A stretch of 64,000 nucleotides of DNA, taken from an uncultured Eubacteriales bacterium. GTDB lineage: Bacteria > Bacillota > Clostridia > Christensenellales > CAG-138. This document shows positions 26,368 to 36,741 of the stretch, piece after piece. Under the pieces are notes generated by a model. It saw nothing but the letters and a program-made list of their open reading frames with translations, was not told where the DNA came from and ran no database searches. Positions within the stretch are counted from its first letter, which is position 1. The number at the start of each line of letters is the position of its first letter. Location: NCBI GenBank assembly GCA_902789675.1, contig CADAPG010000002.1:10327-74326 (forward strand), written 5' to 3'. The position numbers and the translations under genes are program-made.

Positions 26368-28923
26368 ATGAACCGACTGCTGCTGGCGATTGACGGAAAC
26401 AGCCTTCTGTTTCAGGCGTACCACGCCTTTTTCAAAGCGAACCTCACCACGCGCGACGGGTTTCCCACCGGCGCGCTGAAGGGTTTCTTTACCAAGCTTC
26501 TGGAGCTTCTGAAGCAGGAGCCGAGCCACGTGCTCGTCGCGTTCGACGTGCATCAGCCGACGTTCCGCCACGAGAAATATCCGGATTATAAGCTCGGACG
26601 CAAGCCCGCGGACGAGGACCTCAGAAAGCAGATGCCCGTCGTGCGCGAGCTTTTACGAAGCATGGGCGTGGCGGTCATCGAATGTCCCGGATTCGAGGGC
26701 GACGACATCCTCGGCACCTTTGCGCGAAAAGCCGAGGCGGCGGGCATGGACACGCTGATCGCGACCGGCGACCGCGATTCGTTCCAGCTGATCACCGACC
26801 GCACAAAAATTTACTATACCAAGGACAATTCGATCGTCGACGCGGCGGCGCTTCTTGAAAAGTACGGGCTGACGCCGGACCGCATGCGCGATCTTAAGGC
26901 ACTGATGGGCGACAGCTCGGATCACATCCCGGGCGTTGCGGGCGTCGGCGAAAAGACCGCACTGAAGCTGCTGTCCGAATACGGCGATCTCGAGAGCGTG
27001 CTTTCGCATGCGGGCGAGGTCAAGGGCAAGCTCGGCGAACGGCTTGCCGCGGAAGCCGAAAACGCGCGCTTTTCCTACTGGCTCGGCACGATCGCGACCG
27101 ACGCGCCGGTTGCCGAATCGCTTGACGACTGCGCGTTCGATTTCGAAAAGACGGGCGGCGCAAAGCAGCGGCTCTACGAGCTTGAACTGAACAGCATTGC
27201 CGACAGGCTGCCCGGCGGGGAACCGCCGAAGCAGGACGACGCGGTTCCGGAGGTCGAAACGGTCCCGGTCACCGATCCCGAGGGTATGCAGAAGGCACTC
27301 GACGCGCTGCGGGATTGCGAAGCGATCGCCGTGACCGCGTTTCCGTCGCTGTCGTTTGCAGGATCGGCGGATCGTGCCTACGTGCTGACGGCGGGCGAAA
27401 CGCTGTTCGACGCTTGCATGGACGAGAACGAGGCATACCGTATGCTCGGCGCGTTCATCCGTTCGCACAAAAAGCTGATGCTCGCCTTCGACGCAAAGAC
27501 GGTGTTCCATCGCTGCGGTTTTTCGGCAGACGCGCTCCCGACGCTGCGGTTCGACGCGATGCTTTCGGATTATCTTCTGCAGAGCAATCGTCCCGTCGAA
27601 AACTACGAAACGCTGTGCCGCGCATGGCTGAAGACTGAGAAGGCAAGCCCGGCGCATCTGTTCGCGCTTTACCCGCGCATGGAGCGCGCGATCGAAGAAA
27701 ACGGGCTCGCATCCCTTGAACACGACGTGGAGCTTCCGCTTTTGAACGTGCTGTACGGCATGGAGGAGATCGGCTTTATGACCGACGAAGCCGTTCTCTC
27801 GGAATTGCACACGCGCTTTTCCGAAGCGGCGGGCACGCTCGAAGCCCGCATCTATGACGCGGCGGGGGAACGGTTCAACATTCTTTCCACCAAACAGCTC
27901 GGCAGGATCCTCTTTGAAAAGCTCGGTCTGCCGTCCGGCAAAAAGACGAAAACGGGCTTTTCGACCGACGCCGACACGCTGGAAGCGATCGCGCCGCTGC
28001 ATCCGATCGTGGGCGACGTGCTGCAGTACCGCTTTCTGATGAAGCTCGACAGCACGTTCGTCGAAGGACTGCTGAAACAGCGCGACGCCAACGGACGCAT
28101 CCATTCGCGGTTCATGCAGTGCGTGACGGCGACCGGACGCATTTCCAGCACCGAACCGAACCTGCAGAACATTCCGGTCCGCACGCCGGAGGGCAGGGAG
28201 ATCCGCAAGGCGTTCATCCCGAGCGAGGGGAACGTGCTGGTCGGCGCGGACTATTCGCAGATCGAGCTTCGGCTGCTTGCGCACATCAGCGGCGACGAGA
28301 GCTTTATCGCGGCGTTCAACAGCGGCGAGGACATCCACGCCCGCACCGCGGCGGAGGTCTTTCACGTACCGCTCGAAAACGTCACGTCGGAGCTCCGAAG
28401 CGCGGCGAAGGCGGTCAACTTCGGCATCGTCTACGGCATTTCCGATTTCGGGCTTGCGCGCAATCTCGGCGTGTCGGTCCCGACGGCGGCGGGCTATATC
28501 CGCAAGTATTTCGAGCGCTATCCGAAGGTGCAGGCATATCTTAAGGAGAGCGTCGCCCGCGCAAAGGAGCGCGGCTGCGCGGAGACCCTGTTCGGGCGCA
28601 AGCGTCCGCTGCCGGAACTTTCCGCAAGCAACTACAATGTCCGGCAGTTCGGCGAGCGCGTCGCTATGAACATGCCGATCCAGGGCACCGCCGCGGACGT
28701 CATCAAGATCGCGATGGTGCGGGTCGACCGCGCGCTGAGAGACGGCGGATTCAAGGCGAGACTGGTGCTGCAGATCCACGACGAGCTGATCGTCGACACC
28801 CCGCGGGAAGAAGCGGAACGCGTGGAGCGGCTGATGCAGCAGGCGATGGAGGGCGTTGCGGACTTTTCCGTACGGCTCGTTGCCGAGGCAAAATGCGGAG
28901 AAAGCTGGTTTGAAACAAAATGA
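26368..28923 (+). CDS. polA: DNA polymerase I
   Basis: 851 aa with an N-terminal 5' nuclease domain. Pol motifs are DYSQIELRLLAH, RSAAKAVNFGIVYG and QIHDELIV. The central region lacks an obvious DxE exonuclease motif. Confidence 0.95.
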   Translation: MNRLLLAIDGNSLLFQAYHAFFKANLTTRDGFPTGALKGFFTKLLELLKQEPSHVLVAFDVHQPTFRHEKYPDYKLGRKPADEDLRKQMPVVRELLRSMGVAVIECPGFEGDDILGTFARKAEAAGMDTLIATGDRDSFQLITDRTKIYYTKDNSIVDAAALLEKYGLTPDRMRDLKALMGDSSDHIPGVAGVGEKTALKLLSEYGDLESVLSHAGEVKGKLGERLAAEAENARFSYWLGTIATDAPVAESLDDCAFDFEKTGGAKQRLYELELNSIADRLPGGEPPKQDDAVPEVETVPVTDPEGMQKALDALRDCEAIAVTAFPSLSFAGSADRAYVLTAGETLFDACMDENEAYRMLGAFIRSHKKLMLAFDAKTVFHRCGFSADALPTLRFDAMLSDYLLQSNRPVENYETLCRAWLKTEKASPAHLFALYPRMERAIEENGLASLEHDVELPLLNVLYGMEEIGFMTDEAVLSELHTRFSEAAGTLEARIYDAAGERFNILSTKQLGRILFEKLGLPSGKKTKTGFSTDADTLEAIAPLHPIVGDVLQYRFLMKLDSTFVEGLLKQRDANGRIHSRFMQCVTATGRISSTEPNLQNIPVRTPEGREIRKAFIPSEGNVLVGADYSQIELRLLAHISGDESFIAAFNSGEDIHARTAAEVFHVPLENVTSELRSAAKAVNFGIVYGISDFGLARNLGVSVPTAAGYIRKYFERYPKVQAYLKESVARAKERGCAETLFGRKRPLPELSASNYNVRQFGERVAMNMPIQGTAADVIKIAMVRVDRALRDGGFKARLVLQIHDELIVDTPREEAERVERLMQQAMEGVADFSVRLVAEAKCGESWFETK

Positions 28924-29516
28924 CGCGCATCATCGGCATCACCGGCGGCATCGGTTCCGGAAAGAGCACGCTTGCGAACTGCTTCCTTGCGCACGGCGTT
29001 CCGGTGATCGATGCGGACGAGATCTCGCGCTTTGCGCTGACGCCCGCTTCGGACTGCTTCCCGGCAGTGGTCGAGCTGTTCGGAAACGAGGCGAAAAAGC
29101 CGGACGGAACGCTCGACCGCGCGTATATAGCGGCAAAGGTCTTCGCGGACAGCTACGCGCGCGACGCGCTGAACGGCATCGTGCATCCGTTCGTGATCCG
29201 GGAAATGCTGAAGCGGAGCGGGGAGAGCGATTCGCCGTTCGTCGCGTGGGACGTGCCGCTGCTGTTTGAGAGCGGCGTCGACGCATACTGCGCGTGCACG
29301 GTCGCCGTTCTGTGCGGGGAAGAGATCCGCGTTGCACGGGCGATGCGGCGGGACGGCGCAAACGAAGAACAGATTCGCGCGCGCATCCGTGCGCAGATCA
29401 CCGACGAAACGCGCGCCGCGCTTGCAACCTACACGATCCGCAACGAGGGGACGCTCGACGCGTTTTACGCCGAAGCGGACACGCTGATCGGAACCATATT
29501 GGAGGAACTTTTATGA
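28920..29516 (+). CDS. coaE: dephospho-CoA kinase
   Basis: P-loop GITGGIGSGKST. ATGA overlap with polA. Confidence 0.9.
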   Translation: MTRIIGITGGIGSGKSTLANCFLAHGVPVIDADEISRFALTPASDCFPAVVELFGNEAKKPDGTLDRAYIAAKVFADSYARDALNGIVHPFVIREMLKRSGESDSPFVAWDVPLLFESGVDAYCACTVAVLCGEEIRVARAMRRDGANEEQIRARIRAQITDETRAALATYTIRNEGTLDAFYAEADTLIGTILEELL

Positions 29517-30136
29517 ATGAAACGGCTGAAAACACGCCGCGCATGAGCAAACAGCAGAAGACGGCGCTGATCGTGCTTGCCATGGTCGCGTTCTGTCTGA
29601 TCCTGACGGCGGTCACGGTGTTCTGGATCCTGCCTTCAGTGATGCGCTCGCGGTTTCAACTGAAGTATACCGAGCTGATTTTGAAATACAGCGCCGAATA
29701 CGATCTCGAACCATCGTTTGTCGCGGGCGTCATCTGCGTCGAGAGCAAGTATAAATCCGACGCGGTCAGCCGCGCGGGAGCGAGGGGCCTGATGCAGATC
29801 ATGCCGGAGACCGGCGCGGAGATCGCCGAAGCGCTCGGCGAACCGTACGCGGTCGACAATCTCTTCGATCCGGACACCTCGATCCGCTACGGATGCTTCT
29901 ATCTCCGTCAGCAGCTCGACCGGTTCGACGGCAACAAGGCGGTTGCGCTCGCCGCATACAATGCGGGACCGAACAAGGCGGCGCTGTGGCTGTCCGAATA
30001 CGGACTTGACAGCCGCGGTCGGATCGCCTATATTCCTTATGAAGAAACGCGGAACTACGTGAAACGCGTTCTGCAGGCACAGGAGAACTACGAGAACCTC
30101 TATCCGGAGGCGCTCGCAATCAAAACGGAGGACTAA
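29513..30136 (+). CDS. membrane-anchored lytic transglycosylase (SLT domain)
   Basis: Start at ATG 29513 (ATGA overlap with coaE). TM helix followed by VESKYKSDAVSRAGARGLMQIMPETG. Confidence 0.85.
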   Translation: MNETAENTPRMSKQQKTALIVLAMVAFCLILTAVTVFWILPSVMRSRFQLKYTELILKYSAEYDLEPSFVAGVICVESKYKSDAVSRAGARGLMQIMPETGAEIAEALGEPYAVDNLFDPDTSIRYGCFYLRQQLDRFDGNKAVALAAYNAGPNKAALWLSEYGLDSRGRIAYIPYEETRNYVKRVLQAQENYENLYPEALAIKTED

Positions 30137-30877
30137 ATGCTCATTTTCTGGACGGCACTGATCGTGCTCTTTCTCGACCAGTTTTCGAAATACTGGATCA
30201 TGTCCTCGCATGTGGTCGGCACGCTCGGCTACACGGGGTCGTGGTACGATATCAGCGCGCTTCGATCGTTTCTGGCACAGGGAACGGTCGCGCAGCAGAA
30301 TGCGATCCCGCGTAACGGAACGTTCATCGTTCTGAGCTTCACGCCGAACGACGCCGCGCTGTGGGGTCTCGGCAGCGGCAATCCGTGGGCGTCGCGGCTG
30401 CTGCTTGCGCTGACCGCGGTCTTCATCTTTCTGCTGCTGTTCTTCACCATTCGTTCCGGCAAGAAGCTGCCGAAGCTTTCCCGCCTGATCGCGGGGCTTC
30501 TGATCGGCGGCTCGATCGGCAATCTGTACGACCGCATCGCGTTCGGCTATGTGCGCGATATGATCTGCACGAAGTTCATCGACTTTCCGATCTTCAACGT
30601 CGCGGATTCCGCGATCTGCATCGCGATCGCGCTGTTGGTCTTCGAAGCGTTCTTCAAAAAATACGGCGTATTCGAATGCTTTGAGGACGAGTTTCGCAGC
30701 CTGTTCCGTTTGCCCACGCGCGAGGAGGCGGAGAAGGCGGCGAAGGAACGGAAAAAGAACAAGCTGTCGCGCTTTGAGGAGCTGATCCCGGAGGACGAGC
30801 AAACGGAAGACGCGGAGGAAACGCATGGGGACGGAAACGATCCTGCTGATCGCGGAGACGGCGGAAAAGCGGATTGA
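30137..30877 (+). CDS. lspA: lipoprotein signal peptidase II, unusually long (246 aa)
   Basis: Motifs GGSIGNLYDR and FNVADSAICI. It carries an extra internal segment and a roughly 70-aa charged C-terminal tail. Confidence 0.85.
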   Translation: MLIFWTALIVLFLDQFSKYWIMSSHVVGTLGYTGSWYDISALRSFLAQGTVAQQNAIPRNGTFIVLSFTPNDAALWGLGSGNPWASRLLLALTAVFIFLLLFFTIRSGKKLPKLSRLIAGLLIGGSIGNLYDRIAFGYVRDMICTKFIDFPIFNVADSAICIAIALLVFEAFFKKYGVFECFEDEFRSLFRLPTREEAEKAAKERKKNKLSRFEELIPEDEQTEDAEETHGDGNDPADRGDGGKAD

Positions 30878-31769
30878 CACATATCTTGCCGCAAATACCG
30901 AGCTTTCCCGATCGAAGATCAAAAAGCTGATCACTGACGGCGCGGTCGAGCGAAACGGCAAGCCCTGCAAGGCGAACGCCGAGGTCCGACCGGGCGACGC
31001 GATTCGTCTGCGCGTTCCGGAGGAGAACGGGGACGCGCTTCCGGAGCCGGAGGATATTCCACTGGACGTCGTTTACGAGGACGACGAGCTTGCCGTGATC
31101 AACAAGCCGAAGGGCATGGTCGTGCATCCCGCGCCGGGGAATCCGTCCGGCACGCTCGTCAACGCGCTGCTGTACCGCTTCCGCTCGCTTTCGAACGCGG
31201 GCGGAGCGATCCGTCCCGGCATCGTACACCGGATCGACCGGCTGACAAGCGGACTGCTCGTCGTTGCGAAAAACGACGCCGCGCATGAAGCTCTTGCCAA
31301 GCAGTTTGCCCTGCACACCGCGCACCGCGAGTATCTCTGCATCGTGCACGGGAATCTGAAGGAGGACAGCGGCACCGTCGACGCGCCGATCGGCAGGCAT
31401 AAGACCGACCGCAAGCGCATGGCGGTCACGGAGGACGGACGGAGAGCCGTGACGCACTGGCGCGTGCTGGAACGGTTCGGCACGGAGACGCTTTTGGACG
31501 TTGCGCTCGAGACGGGCCGCACGCACCAGATCCGTGTGCATATGGCGTACATCAAGCATCCGATCGTCGGCGACGAGGTCTACGGATCCGCCGCGCCGAA
31601 GCTCGGATTGAACGGACAGGCGCTGCACGGCTACCGGCTGACGTTCACGCATCCGAAAACGGGGGAGACGATGACGTTTACCGCGCCGCTGCCGGAGGAT
31701 TTCAGGACGGCGCTCGTGCGGCTTTGCGGACGGATCCCCGAATCGGCGTCCGCGCTTGTCGGATCGTAA
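30825..31769 (+). CDS. rluD: RluA-family 23S rRNA pseudouridine synthase (RluD-like)
   Basis: S4-like N-terminus and the catalytic motif HRIDRLTSGLLVVAK. It follows lspA, which is the classical gene pair. Confidence 0.9.
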   Translation: MGTETILLIAETAEKRIDTYLAANTELSRSKIKKLITDGAVERNGKPCKANAEVRPGDAIRLRVPEENGDALPEPEDIPLDVVYEDDELAVINKPKGMVVHPAPGNPSGTLVNALLYRFRSLSNAGGAIRPGIVHRIDRLTSGLLVVAKNDAAHEALAKQFALHTAHREYLCIVHGNLKEDSGTVDAPIGRHKTDRKRMAVTEDGRRAVTHWRVLERFGTETLLDVALETGRTHQIRVHMAYIKHPIVGDEVYGSAAPKLGLNGQALHGYRLTFTHPKTGETMTFTAPLPEDFRTALVRLCGRIPESASALVGS

Positions 31770-31883
31770 AGTTTTTTTGAAACGACATGCAGCATTTTCG
31801 CCGCATGCGGTGTCATAATAAACAGGAGATATCTGCAGAGAGAGGGAATCTTCTCTTTGCATCTGAATCATACAAAGGAGAAT

Positions 31884-33767
31884 ATGAAAATGAACAGAAC
31901 AAAACGGGTCATTGCTGTGCTGCTTGCGTGCCTGATGCTGTTCGGCACGCTCGGCTGCGGATTGGTATACCGCTTTACGCGCTGCAGCTCCATTTTGAAC
32001 AACGGCGGAAAAGAAATCACTCCGGAGCCTGTGATCGAAGCAGAGCCCACACCGGAGACAACGACGCCTGCGCCGCAGAAACCGGACGTCACGAAGAAGC
32101 CGGAGCAGCCCAAAACGGAAGAGCAGAAGGCGGCGGAAGCGGCGTTCCTCGCGCTGGACAACGAGCTGTTTTTGGATCGCGCGACCTCCGATATCACGTC
32201 GCTCGATCAGTACTGCGCAAATCCCGCGGATTTCGGCATTGACGAAGCGTCGGTCCCGGTCACGCTCGGCGACTTTACCGAAGAAGCGAACAACGAATGG
32301 GTCGAAGAGTGCGTTGTATGGCGCGAGAAGCTCAGAGCGATCGACAGAAACCTGCTTTCCGATCAGCTGCAGCTCGCATACGATACCTATTGCCGGTATT
32401 TCGACATGGAGATCGAATCGAAGGATTGGTTCTATAATTACGAGCCGCTCGACGAGTATGTCGGTCTGCATATGAACATGCCGCTGTTCTTCGGTCTGTA
32501 CAGCTTCAAGGACGAAAAGGACATCCAGAACTATCTTGCGCTGATGGCGGATACGCCGCGGTATTTCGGACAGGTGCTTGCCTTTGAGCAGGAGCGCGCA
32601 AACCGCGGGTTCTTTATGACCGAGAAGATGCTCGACGTGATCCTCGGCGATCTGAAGACCGTTGCGGAAAGCGGCGAAACGAGCTATCTGCACGGCACGT
32701 TCCGCGAGGCAATGGAGAAACAGGAATACCTTTCGGCGGAACAGCGCGAGGCGTATATCGCGCAGAACGACGAGCTCGTGAGAACCGCGTGGGTCGAGGC
32801 GTATCAGCTTCTGCACGACGGTCTGGAGGAGCTTCGTCCGAAGTGCCGCGCGCGCGTCGGCGCATATGAGCAGGGTGGAGACGCGTTCGACTATTACTGC
32901 TGGAAGATGAAGGCAGAGGCGTCGAACAACCGCACGGTCGAAGAGGAGATCGCGTTCCTTGAGCACTGCAACGAGACGATCTATCCGACCTTCATTTCAT
33001 CGGCAATGAAATGCTATAACGATCTGATATCCGACAAGAAGATCACGACGGGCTCGCTTGCCGGCGACGAAGCGTATCTCAAATCCCTGATGCCGCAGCT
33101 CGTGCCGCCGATGCCGGAGGTCGAGGTGGAGTACGTCGAGATCCCGGAGGAGCTGCAGGAAAGCTTCAGCCCCGCGGCGTACATGACGCCCGCGCTGGAC
33201 GATTATCAGCACAACATCATCCTCACGAACCCGAAGGATCAGGAGCATTACAGCATGTCCACGCTCGCGCATGAGGGCTTCCCGGGGCATATGTATCAGT
33301 TCACCTATCAATACGCGCTCGGCACGATCCCGAAGTTCCAGCTGATGATCGAAACGAACGGATACGCGGAATCGTGGTCGACCAACGCGGAGTGGAACAT
33401 CGCGCAGATCAACGAAAAATACGGTTCGGATCTGGCGATCGCCACGTTCCTGAACGAGTACTTCGCCAATATTCTGGTCACGATCGTTTCGCTGAAGGTC
33501 AACGGACAGGGCGCGACGGTGGAAGAGATTGAAACGTATCTGGATCGGTGGAACCTCGGATCGTACGCGCAGGATTGGTATGATCTTGCGATCGATATGC
33601 CGATCTACTTCTTCAAGTACACCGGCGGCTTCTGCGAGCTGTTCGATCTGACGAACCGTTTCCATCAAGGCGACAATGTAGAATTCTTCAAAGAGTATCT
33701 GCACTGGGGACCGAGCTACTTCGATCTGCTGAACGAACGTATGGAAGCCTGGACAAAAGCGCAATAA
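31884..33767 (+). CDS. DUF885-family lipoprotein (metallopeptidase-like)
   Basis: AAAGGAG RBS. MKMNRTKRVIAVLLACLMLFGTLGCG carries a lipobox. HEGFPGHMYQ motif. Confidence 0.7.
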   Translation: MKMNRTKRVIAVLLACLMLFGTLGCGLVYRFTRCSSILNNGGKEITPEPVIEAEPTPETTTPAPQKPDVTKKPEQPKTEEQKAAEAAFLALDNELFLDRATSDITSLDQYCANPADFGIDEASVPVTLGDFTEEANNEWVEECVVWREKLRAIDRNLLSDQLQLAYDTYCRYFDMEIESKDWFYNYEPLDEYVGLHMNMPLFFGLYSFKDEKDIQNYLALMADTPRYFGQVLAFEQERANRGFFMTEKMLDVILGDLKTVAESGETSYLHGTFREAMEKQEYLSAEQREAYIAQNDELVRTAWVEAYQLLHDGLEELRPKCRARVGAYEQGGDAFDYYCWKMKAEASNNRTVEEEIAFLEHCNETIYPTFISSAMKCYNDLISDKKITTGSLAGDEAYLKSLMPQLVPPMPEVEVEYVEIPEELQESFSPAAYMTPALDDYQHNIILTNPKDQEHYSMSTLAHEGFPGHMYQFTYQYALGTIPKFQLMIETNGYAESWSTNAEWNIAQINEKYGSDLAIATFLNEYFANILVTIVSLKVNGQGATVEEIETYLDRWNLGSYAQDWYDLAIDMPIYFFKYTGGFCELFDLTNRFHQGDNVEFFKEYLHWGPSYFDLLNERMEAWTKAQ

Positions 33768-33771
33768 ACGC

Positions 33772-33799
33772 TTGACAATCGCGAAAAAAGTGGTAAACT
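33772..33799 (+). promoter_or_regulatory. promoter of the valS leader (extended -10)
   Basis: TTGACA (33772-33777), 16-nt spacer, TGgTAAACT (33791-33799). Confidence 0.6.
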
Positions 33800-34037
33800 G
33801 CATAAAAAGACTTTGAAAAAGAGGAGTACGCGTCTGAGCCGTCAGAGATCCGTTCCCAGGCTGAAAGAACGGTCGGTCGAAAACGCGGAAGGTCGCTTTT
33901 GAGTCGGTGCGGCGAATCGAGTAGCCGTGCCCGGGTAAGCCCCGTTATCGGCCAAGAGAGAAACAGATCCGTCTGTTTAACAAAGGTGGTACCGCGAACG
34001 CTCACTTCGTCCTTTGACGAAGTGGGCGTATTTTTTT
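33800..34037 (+). promoter_or_regulatory. T-box riboswitch leader controlling valS; candidate specifier GUC (Val) at 33892-33894
   Basis: AGAGA and GCTGAAAG elements are present. The T-box sequence AACAAAGGTGGTACCGCGA lies at 33979-33997 and overlaps the terminator stem CGCTCACTTCGTC/GACGAAGTGGGCG, which is followed by T7. Confidence 0.9.
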
Positions 34038-34051
34038 GAAGGAGTAAGAAA

Positions 34052-36679
34052 ATGAACACCGAAATGCCGAAAACCTACGACCCCGCAAGCGTGGAGCATG
34101 CGTGGTACGAGAAGTGGGAACGGAACGGCTATTTCCATGCCGCGCCGAATCCCGACAAAACGCCGTTCACGATCGTGATCCCGCCGCCCAATATCACGGG
34201 CAAGCTGCACATGGGTCACGCGCTGGACAACACCCTGCAGGACACGATCATCCGCTACAAGCGTATGTGCGGATTCGAAACGCTGTGGCTTCCGGGCACG
34301 GACCACGCGTCGATCGCGACCGAGGTCAAGATCGTCGAAACGCTCGCCAAGGAGGGCGTGAGCAAAAAGGACATCGGACGCGAAGCGTTCCTGAAGCGCG
34401 CCTGGGAGTGGCGCGCCGAATACGGCGGAACGATCGTTAAGCAGCTCCGCAAGATGGGCTCGTCCTGCGATTGGGAGCGCGAGCGCTTCACCATGGACGA
34501 CGGATGCAACCGCGCGGTCGTGCGCGTGTTCAAGAACCTGTACGACAAGGGATTGATCTATCGCGGAAACCGCATCATCAACTGGTGCCCGGCGTGCAAG
34601 ACCGCGCTGTCGGACGCCGAGGTCGAATACGAAAGCCAGGACAGCCATCTCTGGCATGTGCGCTACGACGCGCCGGACAAGTCCTATTCGATCACCGTTG
34701 CGACCACGCGCCCGGAGACCATGCTCGGCGACACCGGCATCGCGGTGCATCCCGAGGATCCGCGCTACAAGGACATCATCGGCAAGACCGTCATTCTGCC
34801 GCTCGTGAACCGCGAGATCCCGATCGTCGGCGACGAATACTGCGAGATGGAATTCGGCACCGGCGCGGTGAAGATCACGCCCGCGCACGATCCGAACGAC
34901 TTCGAGGTCGGCAAGCGCCACAATCTGCCCGTGCTGCGCGTGTTCACCGATGACGGACACGTCAACGAGGAGGGCGGCAGGTACTGCGGACAGGATCGCT
35001 TCGAGTGCCGCAAGAACATCGTGAAGGACCTTGAAAGCAGCGGCAACCTCGTGAAGATCGAGGACTACACGCATAACGTCGGCACCTGCTATCGCTGCCA
35101 TACGACGATCGAGACGATCGTTTCGAAGCAGTGGTTCGTGGATATGAAGCCGCTCGCCGGTCCCGCGATCGATATGGTGCGCTCCGGCAAGGTCAAGTTC
35201 GTGCCCGAGCGGTTCGACAAGAACTTCTATCATTGGATGGAAAACATCCGTGACTGGTGCATTTCGCGTCAGCTGTGGTGGGGGCACCGCATCCCGGTCT
35301 ACTACTGCGACGATTGCGGCGGCATGTTCTGCGAGGAGACCGCGCCGGAAAAATGTCCGGTGTGCGGCGGCAAGCTCCGGCAGGATGAAGACGTGCTCGA
35401 CACCTGGTTCTCGTCCGGACTCTGGCCGTTCTCCACGCTCGGCTGGCCGGAGGAGACGGAGGAGCTGAAGTACTTCTATCCGACCGACACGCTCGTGACG
35501 GGCTACGACATCATCACGTTCTGGATCTCCCGCATGATCACGTTTGCGGCGGAGGTCATGAAGGAGGAGCCGTTCAAGACGGTCTACGTCCACGGTCTTG
35601 TGCGCGACGGTCTCGGACGGAAGATGAGCAAGTCGCTCGGCAACGGCATCGATCCTTTGGACATCATCGAAAACTACGGCGCCGATTCGCTGCGGTTTTC
35701 GCTCGTCACCGGCAACGCGGCGGGCAACGATATGCGCTTCTACACCGAAAAGGTGGAGGCGGCACGGAACTTCTGCAACAAGGTCTATAACGCGGCGCGC
35801 TTCGTGCTGATGAACATCGATGAAAACACGAAGCCGGAGTTCGACGAGAAGGCACTGTCGATCGTCGACAAGTGGATCCTTGCGCAGCTCGACCGCACGA
35901 TCCGCGACGTTACCGCGAACCTCGAAGCGTACGAGCTGAACCTCGCGGCGGAGAAGATCTACGACTTCATCTGGGGCACGCTGTGCGACTGGTACATCGA
36001 GCTTTCGAAGCCTTCTCTGTACAGCGACGACGCGGCGGAAAAGGCGCGTGTGTCCTCGGTGCTGCTGTACGTGCTGTCGACGTCCATGAAGCTGCTGCAT
36101 CCGTTCATGCCGTTCATCACGGAGGAACTGTACCAGCGCCTGCCCGGTCACGAGGAGACGATCATGCTCTGCGATTGGCCGAAAGCACCGGAAACGCTGC
36201 GGTTTGAGGCGGAGGAAGCGTGCACCGAAACGCTGAAGGATGTGGTCCGCGCGATCCGCAACGTGCGCGCGGAGCGCAAGGTGCCGATGGGCATGAAGAT
36301 CAAAGCAAAGCTCGTTGTGCCCGATCCCAAAGCCTTCGGTCCGGTCGAAAAGCTGCTTGAAAAGCTGATCGGCGCGGAGAGCATCGGGATCACGGCGGAG
36401 CGCGGCGACGTGCAGAAGACCGACGTGCATCTGGTGTGCAGCGGCGCGGAGGCGTATATCCCGCTGGCGTCGCTCGTCGATCTCGACGAGGAACGCGCAA
36501 GGATCGACAAGGAGATCGAGCGCATGAAAGGCGAGGTCGCGCGCGCAGAGGGCAAGCTCTCAAACGAGAAGTTCGTTTCGAGAGCGCCGGAAGCCGTCGT
36601 CAACGAGGAGCGCAGAAAGCTCGAAGCGGCGAAGGAGATGCTTGCGCGTCTTCAGGAACGCCGCGCGGATCTGAACTGA
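34052..36679 (+). CDS. valS: valine--tRNA ligase
   Basis: 875 aa with PPPNITGKLHMGHAL (HIGH), KMSKSLGN and a C-terminal coiled coil. Confidence 0.95.
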   Translation: MNTEMPKTYDPASVEHAWYEKWERNGYFHAAPNPDKTPFTIVIPPPNITGKLHMGHALDNTLQDTIIRYKRMCGFETLWLPGTDHASIATEVKIVETLAKEGVSKKDIGREAFLKRAWEWRAEYGGTIVKQLRKMGSSCDWERERFTMDDGCNRAVVRVFKNLYDKGLIYRGNRIINWCPACKTALSDAEVEYESQDSHLWHVRYDAPDKSYSITVATTRPETMLGDTGIAVHPEDPRYKDIIGKTVILPLVNREIPIVGDEYCEMEFGTGAVKITPAHDPNDFEVGKRHNLPVLRVFTDDGHVNEEGGRYCGQDRFECRKNIVKDLESSGNLVKIEDYTHNVGTCYRCHTTIETIVSKQWFVDMKPLAGPAIDMVRSGKVKFVPERFDKNFYHWMENIRDWCISRQLWWGHRIPVYYCDDCGGMFCEETAPEKCPVCGGKLRQDEDVLDTWFSSGLWPFSTLGWPEETEELKYFYPTDTLVTGYDIITFWISRMITFAAEVMKEEPFKTVYVHGLVRDGLGRKMSKSLGNGIDPLDIIENYGADSLRFSLVTGNAAGNDMRFYTEKVEAARNFCNKVYNAARFVLMNIDENTKPEFDEKALSIVDKWILAQLDRTIRDVTANLEAYELNLAAEKIYDFIWGTLCDWYIELSKPSLYSDDAAEKARVSSVLLYVLSTSMKLLHPFMPFITEELYQRLPGHEETIMLCDWPKAPETLRFEAEEACTETLKDVVRAIRNVRAERKVPMGMKIKAKLVVPDPKAFGPVEKLLEKLIGAESIGITAERGDVQKTDVHLVCSGAEAYIPLASLVDLDEERARIDKEIERMKGEVARAEGKLSNEKFVSRAPEAVVNEERRKLEAAKEMLARLQERRADLN

Positions 36680-36741
36680 ACAGACGCGGGGGAGGGAACC
36701 TTCCCCCGCAGACCAAATCTGAGCATAAAAGGAGAAAAATC

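Noticed and set aside
26653-28779. 708-aa minus-strand ORF antisense to polA
   Set aside because: polA on the plus strand has unambiguous polymerase motifs. The antisense frame has low-complexity R/A/D composition.
30654-32966. 770-aa minus-strand ORF across lspA/rluD/DUF885
   Set aside because: It crosses three well-supported plus-strand genes and two intergenic regions. Its composition is that of a shadow ORF.
33977-36430. 817-aa minus-strand ORF antisense to valS
   Set aside because: valS (HIGH and KMSKS motifs, preceded by a T-box) explains the region. The ORF is an antisense shadow.
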